Below, in pieces: positions 18,196-26,895 of a stretch of 28,509 nt of DNA. The stretch spans positions 1 through 28,509 of the forward strand of contig JBBIVV010000028.1 of NCBI GenBank assembly GCA_037439545.1, written 5' to 3'. The DNA comes from a bacterium. Its GTDB lineage: Bacteria; JAMCPX01. The notes below the pieces were generated by a model. It was not told the origin of the DNA and made no database searches. It saw nothing but the letters and a program-made list of their open reading frames with translations. Numbering within the stretch: position 1 is the stretch's first letter; each line of letters begins with the position of its first letter. The position numbers and the translations under genes were made by a program.

Positions 18196-18495
18196 ATGCT
18201 GTCTCAATTGTTAGTGATACTGGCAAATATCGCCGATGCAGTATTTACCATATACTATTGGCTTATTATCATACGGGCTCTGCTGAGCTGGGTGAACCCG
18301 GATCCGTATAATCCTGTCGTAAAATTTTTATACAGAGTTACGGAACCCGTCCTTGCTCCATTGCGGAGGGTCATACCGGTAGGCGGCAACTATAGTATCG
18401 ATCTCTCCCCGTTGATAGCAATCTTTGCGATCTATTTTTTCAAATCCTTGATTGTCAAGGCGCTGTTGATGCTTGCATTAAAGCTCAGCGCATAA
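18196..18495 (+). CDS. yggT: YggT family membrane protein
   Basis: IIIRALLSWVNPDPYNP..FLYRVTEPVLAPLRR..IDLSPLIA. Confidence 0.95.
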   Translation: MLSQLLVILANIADAVFTIYYWLIIIRALLSWVNPDPYNPVVKFLYRVTEPVLAPLRRVIPVGGNYSIDLSPLIAIFAIYFFKSLIVKALLMLALKLSA

Positions 18496-18553
18496 ATTGT
18501 TTAACATAGCGAACTATTTATTCAGCGTGGTTTAGGCGTATGGAGAACTGAGG

Positions 18554-20572
18554 ATGGATTACAAAACCAATAATTTTATGAAAACGACGATGACCGACAT
18601 GCTGTCCCTGTTTTTCATATTTTTATTCGCATTTTTATTCACGTTCAATAACATCTTCGAAGGCGATACATTATGGCATTTGAAGCTGGGGCAATATATA
18701 GTAAGCACGCATCATCTGCCCTATAAGGACATATTTTCATACACCATCGCAGGCACACGGATATATCCCGTGGAATGGCTCTTTGAGGTTGTCTGGTTCT
18801 TTATTTATAAAGCATCGGGCGTGGCAGGCTTGATCACAGTCAAGGCCATAATCGGAGGTCTGACTGCCGGTTTCTTATATTTTTCTCTGCAGCATTATAA
18901 AATCAATAGATATGTAAGCATTCTTCTTATAAGCGGTATTTATATAATATCATCAGGTTCTCACTCTTTTGTAACGGCAGCAGGCTCTTATTTTGTCGAT
19001 AGACCTCAAATCATCACATATCTCGGCATTGCCTTGTTTGTATATATAACATCGATATATGACATAGATAAAAAAAAGACTTCGTGGCTTATACCTCTTA
19101 TCATGCTCGTATGGGTCAACATGCATCCGGGCGCTGTGTTCGGAATGATCTTCCTGTCTGCATGGCTTATGGAAGGTTTTATAGACCTTTTGAAACCTCA
19201 TGGAAAGAGCAAAGTATTTTATAGAAGATTGAGTGTATTTTTTCTATCACTTTTTGCAACGGTTATAACCCCGAATTCCTATCACCTCTATACGTTCCTG
19301 TTCCATCATGTTGCATCACTTGGCTCTGAGGGTGGACTTGAATATATCGCTGAATTCATGCCTCCGTCATTATCGCAAACGCCATCCATGTTCATAGGGC
19401 TTATTGTTTTTACCGTAATATTTTTGACAGGTATTTTTAAGATGCCTCTGCGTTATGTGTTCTTCGGACTCGTGATGCTGCCGCTGTCCTTTGATATGCG
19501 GCGTATGGTCATCATGGCGTTGATAGGAATCGTATGCGGAATAGGTAGTACGGTTGACGTATGGATAAGATGGGTTAAGGAACATAGGAACGGACATTGG
19601 TTCCTGATACCGTTTTATGCGTTCGTACTTGTCGGTCTGTTTACGTATGAGGTATATCAATACAAAACAGATTTCATAGGCTTCAAAGGTATCGGCATAC
19701 AGAAACAGTTTTATCCTGAGGAAGCTGTAGATTTTATCCTCAGTCATCATATTCAAGGCAATATCTACAATGCCATTAACTTCGGCGGAGCTGTAATATT
19801 TCTCGGGTATCCGGAGATTAAGGATTTTATAGATACACGCCTGGATCCTGAGAGGTTTTTACTGCCGGAAGTAAGTCAATCCATGAATAATCCTCCTGCA
19901 TTTGATAATCTCCTCGACCGGTATGATGTTTCTTATGCCCTCGTGGAAACATACATGCCAACGGACTATACCAGATTATTGCCCGCACCGGAGTGGAGTC
20001 TCGTTTACTTCGATGACTACGCACAGATTTATGTGAAAGCAGGGACAGACAATGACGGTCTGATAAAAGAGTACGCTTACCATGTGTTCAATCCCTATTC
20101 TTTCCTGTTTACCGTTGCACCATTGCTTTCACCCGGCACATATTTTACGAAGCCCGGGCTTCTCATTGACGTGCAGAAACTCGTAAAAGAAGTACCTTAC
20201 AGCGCAATGGCAAATCTTGCATACGGACTTGCACTTATTTATAATCATGCGGATTATGCGGGAGGCCTTAAATATATCGATGCAGCGAAGCGCATAATGC
20301 CGTTTAACCCGAGAATTCTGTTGTGGTATGGCATAGAGCACGGGCTCGATGGTAATAGCCGGTTAATGCAGGAAAGCTTTAACCTGCTCAATACTGTTTT
20401 AAAGTATCAGGAAGGTGCATCGGTCAAGGATGTCGCATTTATGAATTATGTAATGGGGTATTATTATTATGTTGCGGGTTTGAACAAGCCGGCGATAACG
20501 AGCCTGAAGAGGGCAGTCAAACTGAACCCGGACATGACGCAGGCATCTTCGCTGTTAAACACCATTCAATAG
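18554..20572 (+). CDS. Polytopic membrane protein, GT-C-fold glycosyltransferase-like, with C-terminal TPRs
   Basis: About 10-12 TM segments; Asp just after TM1 (GDTLWH), DIFSYT, EWL, RPQ, WVNMH, FIDTR, WSLVYFDD; TPR-like tail (LKRAVKLNPD). The GT-C assignment is inference. Confidence 0.6.
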   Translation: MDYKTNNFMKTTMTDMLSLFFIFLFAFLFTFNNIFEGDTLWHLKLGQYIVSTHHLPYKDIFSYTIAGTRIYPVEWLFEVVWFFIYKASGVAGLITVKAIIGGLTAGFLYFSLQHYKINRYVSILLISGIYIISSGSHSFVTAAGSYFVDRPQIITYLGIALFVYITSIYDIDKKKTSWLIPLIMLVWVNMHPGAVFGMIFLSAWLMEGFIDLLKPHGKSKVFYRRLSVFFLSLFATVITPNSYHLYTFLFHHVASLGSEGGLEYIAEFMPPSLSQTPSMFIGLIVFTVIFLTGIFKMPLRYVFFGLVMLPLSFDMRRMVIMALIGIVCGIGSTVDVWIRWVKEHRNGHWFLIPFYAFVLVGLFTYEVYQYKTDFIGFKGIGIQKQFYPEEAVDFILSHHIQGNIYNAINFGGAVIFLGYPEIKDFIDTRLDPERFLLPEVSQSMNNPPAFDNLLDRYDVSYALVETYMPTDYTRLLPAPEWSLVYFDDYAQIYVKAGTDNDGLIKEYAYHVFNPYSFLFTVAPLLSPGTYFTKPGLLIDVQKLVKEVPYSAMANLAYGLALIYNHADYAGGLKYIDAAKRIMPFNPRILLWYGIEHGLDGNSRLMQESFNLLNTVLKYQEGASVKDVAFMNYVMGYYYYVAGLNKPAITSLKRAVKLNPDMTQASSLLNTIQ

Positions 20573-20668
20573 TAATAAACCCGTGACGTCCTTGAGCAAA
20601 TAATCCTCTCTTTGCAAGTAATGTATCACCGGTGGAGCATTAACAAAAACACTCTTTCACAATAATAC

Positions 20669-20698
20669 TTGACATGTTCGTATATAAACGATTATTAT
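20669..20698 (+). promoter_or_regulatory. sigma70-type promoter for the lipoprotein cluster
   Basis: TTGACA (20669-20674)-N18-TATTAT (20693-20698); GGAGG at 20709-20713. Confidence 0.65.
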
Positions 20699-20718
20699 GC
20701 GTGGACATGGAGGATAGA

Positions 20719-23700
20719 ATGGATAATAATAGGATAGCGGTACTATTTACAGTGTTTTCTTTATTGATCGCAGGATGCTCGGTCAGCAAAAGTGCGTCAA
20801 ACACGCAAGCTCATAATGACAATGACACTACGGGCAGCTCTATTATGCTGTATTCAGTGCAGCCTGCGGGTGCTTACGCAGGTACTGCAATAGTTATAAC
20901 CGGAACAGGTTTTGGTGCCGACAAGGGCACTGTTACATTCGGCGATACTGAAGGTGCGATAAACTCATGGTCTGATACGTCGATAAACGTAGTCGTACCG
21001 GACATAACTGCTGGACTTATTAATATAAATGTTGTGTCTGGGACGAAAACAGGCAGTATTGATTTTACCATCCTGCCGTTCATATCCGGAATCAGTACTC
21101 AGGATGCAGTTTTAAATGATCCCATGGATATCCAGGGCACTGGATTTGGCACAAGTCAGGGAGACTATACTGTAAATTATGCAGGCACTGTTTTACCGGT
21201 CACGGCATGGTCAAATGACCGGATAACAGTCGCAATAGGCAATATTACACATGCAGCAGCAGGATTGCTGAACGTCCTTATAAACAATACGGTGAGCAAC
21301 GGGATTACGCTTACCGTGCATCCATCGATATCATCTCTTTATCCGGATACAGCAGAAAGAGGCGATGAGATTTCTATAGCAGGTAATCTTTTTGGTCCCA
21401 ATAATGGAACCAACAGCGTTACTTTTTCAGGTATGACAGCTACGGTGATAAGCTGGTCCGACGACATTATAAAAGCAAAAGTACCGGTTACTGCGGTAAA
21501 AGGCGATGTGATTGTGACCGTTAATGACATTCCCTCATCCGGACAGGGATTTACAGTAACCGGGACATTCCATTCAATTAATCAACCTGCAGGACTCGCA
21601 GAAGATCTGAGCGGGAACATGTATGTTGCAAACTACACAGACGGAACAATTATAAAAGTTTTGCCCGGTGGTATCACACAGACGACGGTTTTTAAGGGAC
21701 TCAGCAAGCCGATGGGTCTGTACTATCGGCAACCATCAACTCTGTATGTCGCATGCGAAGGAGATGGGACCATACAAAGGCTTACCCTCGACAGCACAGT
21801 TACAGGACAGACTTTTGCATCAGGTTTTTCAATGCCGGCAGCAATGGCCATCGATGATGCGGGCAATATGTATGTTGCGAATTACGGAAACAATACCATT
21901 TCAAAGATTGATTTAAGCGGAGCAGTATCAACTTTTGCCGTTGGATTAAACAAGCCCATGGGCATCGTGTTTACAGGACCGACAGGCGGGAAGACATTCA
22001 AGGTTATTAATAATGGGAATGGGACTATATCCTCAGTTGACCTATTAGGAGCTGTTACCGCTTATGTTACAGGTCTTGATACACCGAAATGGGTAATAGC
22101 TGATAATGCATACAATCTTTATGTCGCATCCGGAAATAATATCATCAAGGTTTTATCACCGTCCGGATTTATCGTTACCTATGCGACAGGCTTATTCAAT
22201 CCTTATGGTCTTGTGATGGATCTGTCAGGGTATATCTATGCTTCTAATTTCGATACCAATACCATAGCAAAGGTAGACAACAATTATCAAATTTATGCAA
22301 AAGGCCTTTATAATCCATGGGGAATCACATTCAGCCCGTCCGGAACAATGTTTATTGCCAATCAAGGGGATATTTATGGCATGGGTGGCGGGAGTATATC
22401 AATGGTAACTACAGGCGGCGTTGAAAAGCCATTTGTTAAGCCGTTTGATCGGTCTGTTTGCAAGTCATCTATCTTTTTATCAACTAAACCTATGGGCATT
22501 ATCTTTGGGTTCAATGGAAACATTTTTGTTGCGAACAATGGCAATGGTAGACTTGAAGCAACCTCTATCTCAGAGGTTACAGGAACAGGAAATGCACAAG
22601 TATACGGTGATTGTTTTCTCTATCGCTTTGTGCAAAGCCTTTGCGGTATTTCTTTCAGTTCCGGAACAGGCTTGCTTTATGTGTCGGACCCACTTTCGGG
22701 TAAGGTATTCACTTTGACATCGAACCCTTCTAAAATTTATAGTTTTGCCTCTGGGTTTAATTCACCGGAAGGCATTGCAATAGACTCATCGGGTAATGCG
22801 TATATTGCAAATGCCGGCAATGGAACGATCTCGCAGACAACCTCGTCAGGCACATTTACGACGACTTACGCCTCAGGATTTAATCAGCCATCCGGTATAG
22901 CGTTTGACAGAATTGGAAACCTTTATGTGTCTAATTATGCAAGTAACTCTGTCTCATTGATCACGACCGGACGTCAGACATATACAATCGCCACAGGTAT
23001 ACAGGAGCCAAATGGTATTGCCGTCGATAATGCCGGGTATGTGTATGTGGCAAGTGAGACAACAGGCAATGTATATAAATTAACACATTCTGCAGTTGTG
23101 TATGCATCTGGGTTCAATGCACCGAAAAACCTCGCCAAAGGCATAGACGGGTTGATCTATATTGCTGATAGTTCCAATAATGCTGTCTACCGTATCGATG
23201 CCGCAGATGTACTGACAACCTTTGCGCATAACATTACCTCTCCATCATGGTTTGTGTTCGATAGCACAGGCGATATGTTTTTGTCCGATTTTTCCACCAG
23301 CACAATCATCAAATCATTAAATGACAGCCTGACCACATTTGCAACCAGCTTAAACGGACCTACGGGTATTGCTTATGACAGCCTTAACAATCTGCTGTAT
23401 GTAGTCAACTATCTGAACGGAACATTGTCTGTAGTGAATAGTTTCGGCAGTGTGTCGACATTTGCAGTAGGGTTATCAGGACCCATGGGGCTTGCCTTGT
23501 TATCACCCGGCAATCTGTATGCTGCGAACAGCTCTAATGGAACAATCGCAAAAGTAGTGCAGGGGAGCGGTGTCAGCGTATATGCAACGGGATTTGTAAT
23601 GCCAATAGGGGTCACACTCGATGATCAGTATAATTTATTTGTTGCGGATCAAGCCGCCGGCTTTGTTTATCTAATCAGCCCTGACCGTAAAGTATTTTCG

Positions 23701-23805
23701 TTTGCAAAGATAAGCACGCCTTATGGCATAAGCTTTGACGGCAACGGCAATCTGTTTATTTCCGATACCATGCATAAACAGATAAAAATGATAATACTGC
23801 ATTAA
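20719..23805 (+). CDS. Lipoprotein with three IPT/TIG domains and 18 NHL-type repeats
   Basis: Lipobox IAGC; three G..FG...WS.D.I IPT units; 18 hand-counted P.G(I/L)..D..G.(L/M)YV repeats. Start moved to ATG 20719 behind GGAGG. Confidence 0.88.
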   Translation: MDNNRIAVLFTVFSLLIAGCSVSKSASNTQAHNDNDTTGSSIMLYSVQPAGAYAGTAIVITGTGFGADKGTVTFGDTEGAINSWSDTSINVVVPDITAGLININVVSGTKTGSIDFTILPFISGISTQDAVLNDPMDIQGTGFGTSQGDYTVNYAGTVLPVTAWSNDRITVAIGNITHAAAGLLNVLINNTVSNGITLTVHPSISSLYPDTAERGDEISIAGNLFGPNNGTNSVTFSGMTATVISWSDDIIKAKVPVTAVKGDVIVTVNDIPSSGQGFTVTGTFHSINQPAGLAEDLSGNMYVANYTDGTIIKVLPGGITQTTVFKGLSKPMGLYYRQPSTLYVACEGDGTIQRLTLDSTVTGQTFASGFSMPAAMAIDDAGNMYVANYGNNTISKIDLSGAVSTFAVGLNKPMGIVFTGPTGGKTFKVINNGNGTISSVDLLGAVTAYVTGLDTPKWVIADNAYNLYVASGNNIIKVLSPSGFIVTYATGLFNPYGLVMDLSGYIYASNFDTNTIAKVDNNYQIYAKGLYNPWGITFSPSGTMFIANQGDIYGMGGGSISMVTTGGVEKPFVKPFDRSVCKSSIFLSTKPMGIIFGFNGNIFVANNGNGRLEATSISEVTGTGNAQVYGDCFLYRFVQSLCGISFSSGTGLLYVSDPLSGKVFTLTSNPSKIYSFASGFNSPEGIAIDSSGNAYIANAGNGTISQTTSSGTFTTTYASGFNQPSGIAFDRIGNLYVSNYASNSVSLITTGRQTYTIATGIQEPNGIAVDNAGYVYVASETTGNVYKLTHSAVVYASGFNAPKNLAKGIDGLIYIADSSNNAVYRIDAADVLTTFAHNITSPSWFVFDSTGDMFLSDFSTSTIIKSLNDSLTTFATSLNGPTGIAYDSLNNLLYVVNYLNGTLSVVNSFGSVSTFAVGLSGPMGLALLSPGNLYAANSSNGTIAKVVQGSGVSVYATGFVMPIGVTLDDQYNLFVADQAAGFVYLISPDRKVFSFAKISTPYGISFDGNGNLFISDTMHKQIKMIILH

Positions 23806-23820
23806 AGAAAGGAAAAATTC

Positions 23821-24231
23821 ATGTACAGAATATGGTATAAAGTATTTATTATTTCAATAATTGCAGGTATGGTTGGATGTGGTTCACAGAACAATACTGC
23901 TATAAGTGCGACGGATACAGTGGATCATACTACTCTATCTAAGCCTCCTGACATAGCTATAAATATCCAATCAAATGAGCTGTTTGTAAGTAACAATTTA
24001 AAACATTCAATCCTTGTATTCAAAAGCACAGACAATGGAAATGCATTGCCGGCAAGGGTAATGAGCGGTACAAATACGCTTCTCAATAAACCGGTTGAAA
24101 TTGCAATGGATAAAGTCGATGACGAGGTTTACATAACAAATACCGGAAACAATTCAATCACCGTGTATTCAAGGACGGCAAATGGCAATACAGCACCATT
24201 AAGGATTATAAAGAGTCCGGCAAAGAATTGA
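23821..24231 (+). CDS. Small lipoprotein with two NHL-like blades
   Basis: Lipobox MVGC; two repeats ending in NGNALPARVM and NGNTAPLRII; AAGGA SD. Confidence 0.75.
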   Translation: MYRIWYKVFIISIIAGMVGCGSQNNTAISATDTVDHTTLSKPPDIAINIQSNELFVSNNLKHSILVFKSTDNGNALPARVMSGTNTLLNKPVEIAMDKVDDEVYITNTGNNSITVYSRTANGNTAPLRIIKSPAKN

Positions 24232-24260
24232 CCGATATTATTTTATTTCATGGGTATATA

Positions 24261-25901
24261 ATGAAAAAAACAACAGTATACCGTTACGGTGTCGTTACGA
24301 ATTGCGTCTTGGCGTCACGAAGCAATCCCACAGTCTGCTTGGCTCTTAACGGCTCACGGTTGTCTTGTGTGTGGATCGCAAGGTTAAGCGAATCAGTAAG
24401 CATAAATATTCCCCTGTATTGCTTGATACTCATCCTACCTTTTCTATGCATAGGTCTTATCTCCTGCAGCAGGACTGAGAACTATGGTGATATTTCAATC
24501 AATGCTCATTATATCCCGCCGCGAGTACATGCTTCATTCAACATTCTTACCCTTCCCCCGGGTTCTGACAAGGTCAGTATCTCCATAACGGGTACGGACT
24601 TTAATCCTATTGTCAAAAATATAACTATTGCAGCTAATCCTTCCGGTGTTACCATCAGCAGCATACCAGCAGGTGAAAATCGTACAGTAAGCATAGATAT
24701 TAAAGATGCAGCCGATGCAATTATTGCAAAGGGAAAGACAGCAGGCGTTAAAATAAAAGCAGGCAGTGTCAATAATGTAGACATCCTTGTTACGCAAACA
24801 GGATTGTTTACACAACTTGAATCGAAAGTAATTCCAAGGGCTTTTGCCGTATCAAGCCCTTTGCCCGACGGGACATATATGATTATGGGAGGTGTTATAA
24901 ACCGGCAGTCTTCATGCGGTCAGGGCTGTATCCAATTGAAAGCAACATCACAGACAGAAATTTATAATCCTGAAACAGGCATATTCAGGCAGGGTCCATC
25001 GATGATAGAACAGAGGGCGTTCTTCACGGCCAATGTATTGTCAGATGGCAGCATTGCAGTTGCAGGCGGCACGGATTTTGTAAAGGTAAGCTGTACCATG
25101 ACCGCGTGTTCCATTGTTTTGCCGCAAGACCATACGAAAGCGTCGGTAGAGGTTTACGATCCGCGATCAAATAGTTTTTATAAAGCCCAGACATTGACTA
25201 TGCCAAGGGCAGGACATACAGCTAATACACTATCGAATGATACCATTCTTTTTGCCGGCGGTATCAGCACATACGGCGCTTCCGATAGTGCAGAACTTAT
25301 AGAGGTGAGGACAGGCAAGGATACTCCATATGCGATGTCTTATGCGAGAGCGTTCCAAACTGCCGTTACTTACCATGACGATGGAATATTCCTTGCCGGC
25401 GGCTCTGTCGGCAGCACTCAAACAGAATTTTTCCAGCGGTCCGGATTTACACTGTCCAATAATATTACCTGTGCAGTTTATTCCTCGTCTTCGGCTTTTT
25501 TCTCGCCACCCGGTGTGATTGTTTTGAACGGCGGACTGGGTGCCGATTGGCAACCTGTCTCACAATTGATGGTCGTTGATCCCGCACACAGGGTTGTTCT
25601 GAGCTACCATAACATGCCGTTTCCACGTGCATTGTTTTCCGACATTGTGCTCAGCAATAGCAATATCCTTATTGCAGGAGGCGTAACTACTCCGGTCTTT
25701 ACGACAACAACATTAGCAGAGATATTCAGTCCTGTATCAAAATCATTTTCCGGATGTCCCGTACTTTCCGTGTCCCGGGCTGGTTATGCTGCACAGGGGC
25801 TTAATGACGGTTCTGCTTTGATAGTATCCGGATTCTCATCGATAAATCCGCTGATAGGTGACATCACTTTCGCAGATACTGCCGAGATATACAATCCATA
25901 G
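24261..25901 (+). CDS. Kelch-repeat lipoprotein (beta-sandwich domain plus ~7 blades)
   Basis: Lipobox LISC; seven R......L.DG..L..GG...E.Y.P units; start uncertain. Confidence 0.8.
   Translation: MKKTTVYRYGVVTNCVLASRSNPTVCLALNGSRLSCVWIARLSESVSINIPLYCLILILPFLCIGLISCSRTENYGDISINAHYIPPRVHASFNILTLPPGSDKVSISITGTDFNPIVKNITIAANPSGVTISSIPAGENRTVSIDIKDAADAIIAKGKTAGVKIKAGSVNNVDILVTQTGLFTQLESKVIPRAFAVSSPLPDGTYMIMGGVINRQSSCGQGCIQLKATSQTEIYNPETGIFRQGPSMIEQRAFFTANVLSDGSIAVAGGTDFVKVSCTMTACSIVLPQDHTKASVEVYDPRSNSFYKAQTLTMPRAGHTANTLSNDTILFAGGISTYGASDSAELIEVRTGKDTPYAMSYARAFQTAVTYHDDGIFLAGGSVGSTQTEFFQRSGFTLSNNITCAVYSSSSAFFSPPGVIVLNGGLGADWQPVSQLMVVDPAHRVVLSYHNMPFPRALFSDIVLSNSNILIAGGVTTPVFTTTTLAEIFSPVSKSFSGCPVLSVSRAGYAAQGLNDGSALIVSGFSSINPLIGDITFADTAEIYNP
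24290..24364. repeat. Degenerate palindromic element inside the 5' end of the kelch gene
   Basis: TGTCGTTACGA...CGAAGCAATCCC...GTCTGCTTGGCT...GCTCACGGTTGTC resembles a decayed GTCATTGCGA..GAAGCAATC / GATTGCTTCGCT..GCTCGCAATGAC unit. Confidence 0.45.
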
Positions 25902-25994
25902 TCCGGTGCGCCGTCTCAACGAACAGGTTGTACAAGAATGCCATCCTGAAGACAAGTGCTTCTTTCAGCATAAGCTCCATAACTGATCCACTCT

Positions 25995-26071
25995 CTGTCA
26001 CTCTGAGCTGCGCCATGACGCCGCGAAGAATCTATGGCTTGAGATTCTTCTGCTTCGCCTCAGAATGACAG
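25995..26071. repeat. Palindromic (REP/RPE-like) element
   Basis: CTGTCACTCTGAG...GAAGAATCT / AGATTCTTC...CTCAGAATGACAG; same ends and core as 1300-1380. Confidence 0.85.
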
Positions 26072-26167
26072 GTATGATACAGTCTCCATACAGTTCGCAT
26101 GAGATCAAGGACAACTGTATTTTTCCCGTCGATCGTGTATAGTGTGGAAAAAAAGAAAGGTGATTCC

Positions 26168-26833
26168 ATGAAATCGTTCGATAATCTGGTTGAGATTATG
26201 ACAAGGCTGCGTAGTGATAAAGGCTGTCCATGGGACAGGGCCCAGGACATAGAAAGCCTGAAACAATATGTAATCGAGGAAGCGTATGAGGTCGTCGATG
26301 CAATAGAATCAGGTAACACGGATGACATAAAGGAAGAGCTTGGCGATCTCGCATTGCAGATTGTTTTTATATCGAGGATAGCCGAGGAAAAGAAGTGGTT
26401 TAAAATAAACGAGGTGTTTGACGGCATAAATAATAAATTAATACACAGGCATCCTCATGTATTCGGTGATGTAAATGTAAATTCAAAAGAGGATGTCTTG
26501 AAGAACTGGGGAAGACAAAAGCACAGTGAAAAAGGTTCAAAGGTTTTTGATATACCGTTACAGATGCCTTCTTTGCTCGCTTCTTACAGATTGCTGGAAA
26601 AAGCAAAGCGGCTGGGTATCAATCCTGTCAGGATAAAGAAGAATATGAAAATCGAACCCAAAAATGGGACGAAACAACAAATAAAAAAACGGATATCCGA
26701 TATGCTTTTATCCATAGTGGCGCTCTCACAAAAACATTCCATAAACCCCGAAGATTTGCTGCGGACAGCGAACAAAATGCTCATAAAAAAATTAAAAAAA
26801 ATGCCGCGGAAAAATGCCGTTACTAACTCATAA
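26168..26833 (+). CDS. mazG: MazG family nucleoside triphosphate pyrophosphohydrolase (degenerate second domain)
   Basis: GCPWDRAQ, IEEAYEV, EELGDL, KLIHRHPHVFG; start at ATG 26168 behind AAGGTGA. Confidence 0.9.
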   Translation: MKSFDNLVEIMTRLRSDKGCPWDRAQDIESLKQYVIEEAYEVVDAIESGNTDDIKEELGDLALQIVFISRIAEEKKWFKINEVFDGINNKLIHRHPHVFGDVNVNSKEDVLKNWGRQKHSEKGSKVFDIPLQMPSLLASYRLLEKAKRLGINPVRIKKNMKIEPKNGTKQQIKKRISDMLLSIVALSQKHSINPEDLLRTANKMLIKKLKKMPRKNAVTNS

Positions 26834-26895
26834 TGGGGTCGTCATCTATGGTCACGAATATTGACTGACTAACATAACAATGCTAATGCAACAGC

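Noticed and set aside
20674..20718. ORF-track start of the NHL gene
   Set aside because: Overlaps the predicted promoter; ATG 20719 has GGAGG and gives a normal signal peptide.
21570..23805. CRISPR-like or DGR-like DNA repeats in the NHL region
   Set aside because: Repeats are diverged at the DNA level and visible only as protein; no cas, reverse transcriptase or template/variable repeat pair seen in the window.
26099..26167. ORF-track start of mazG
   Set aside because: The extension has no MazG similarity; ATG 26168 has a good SD.
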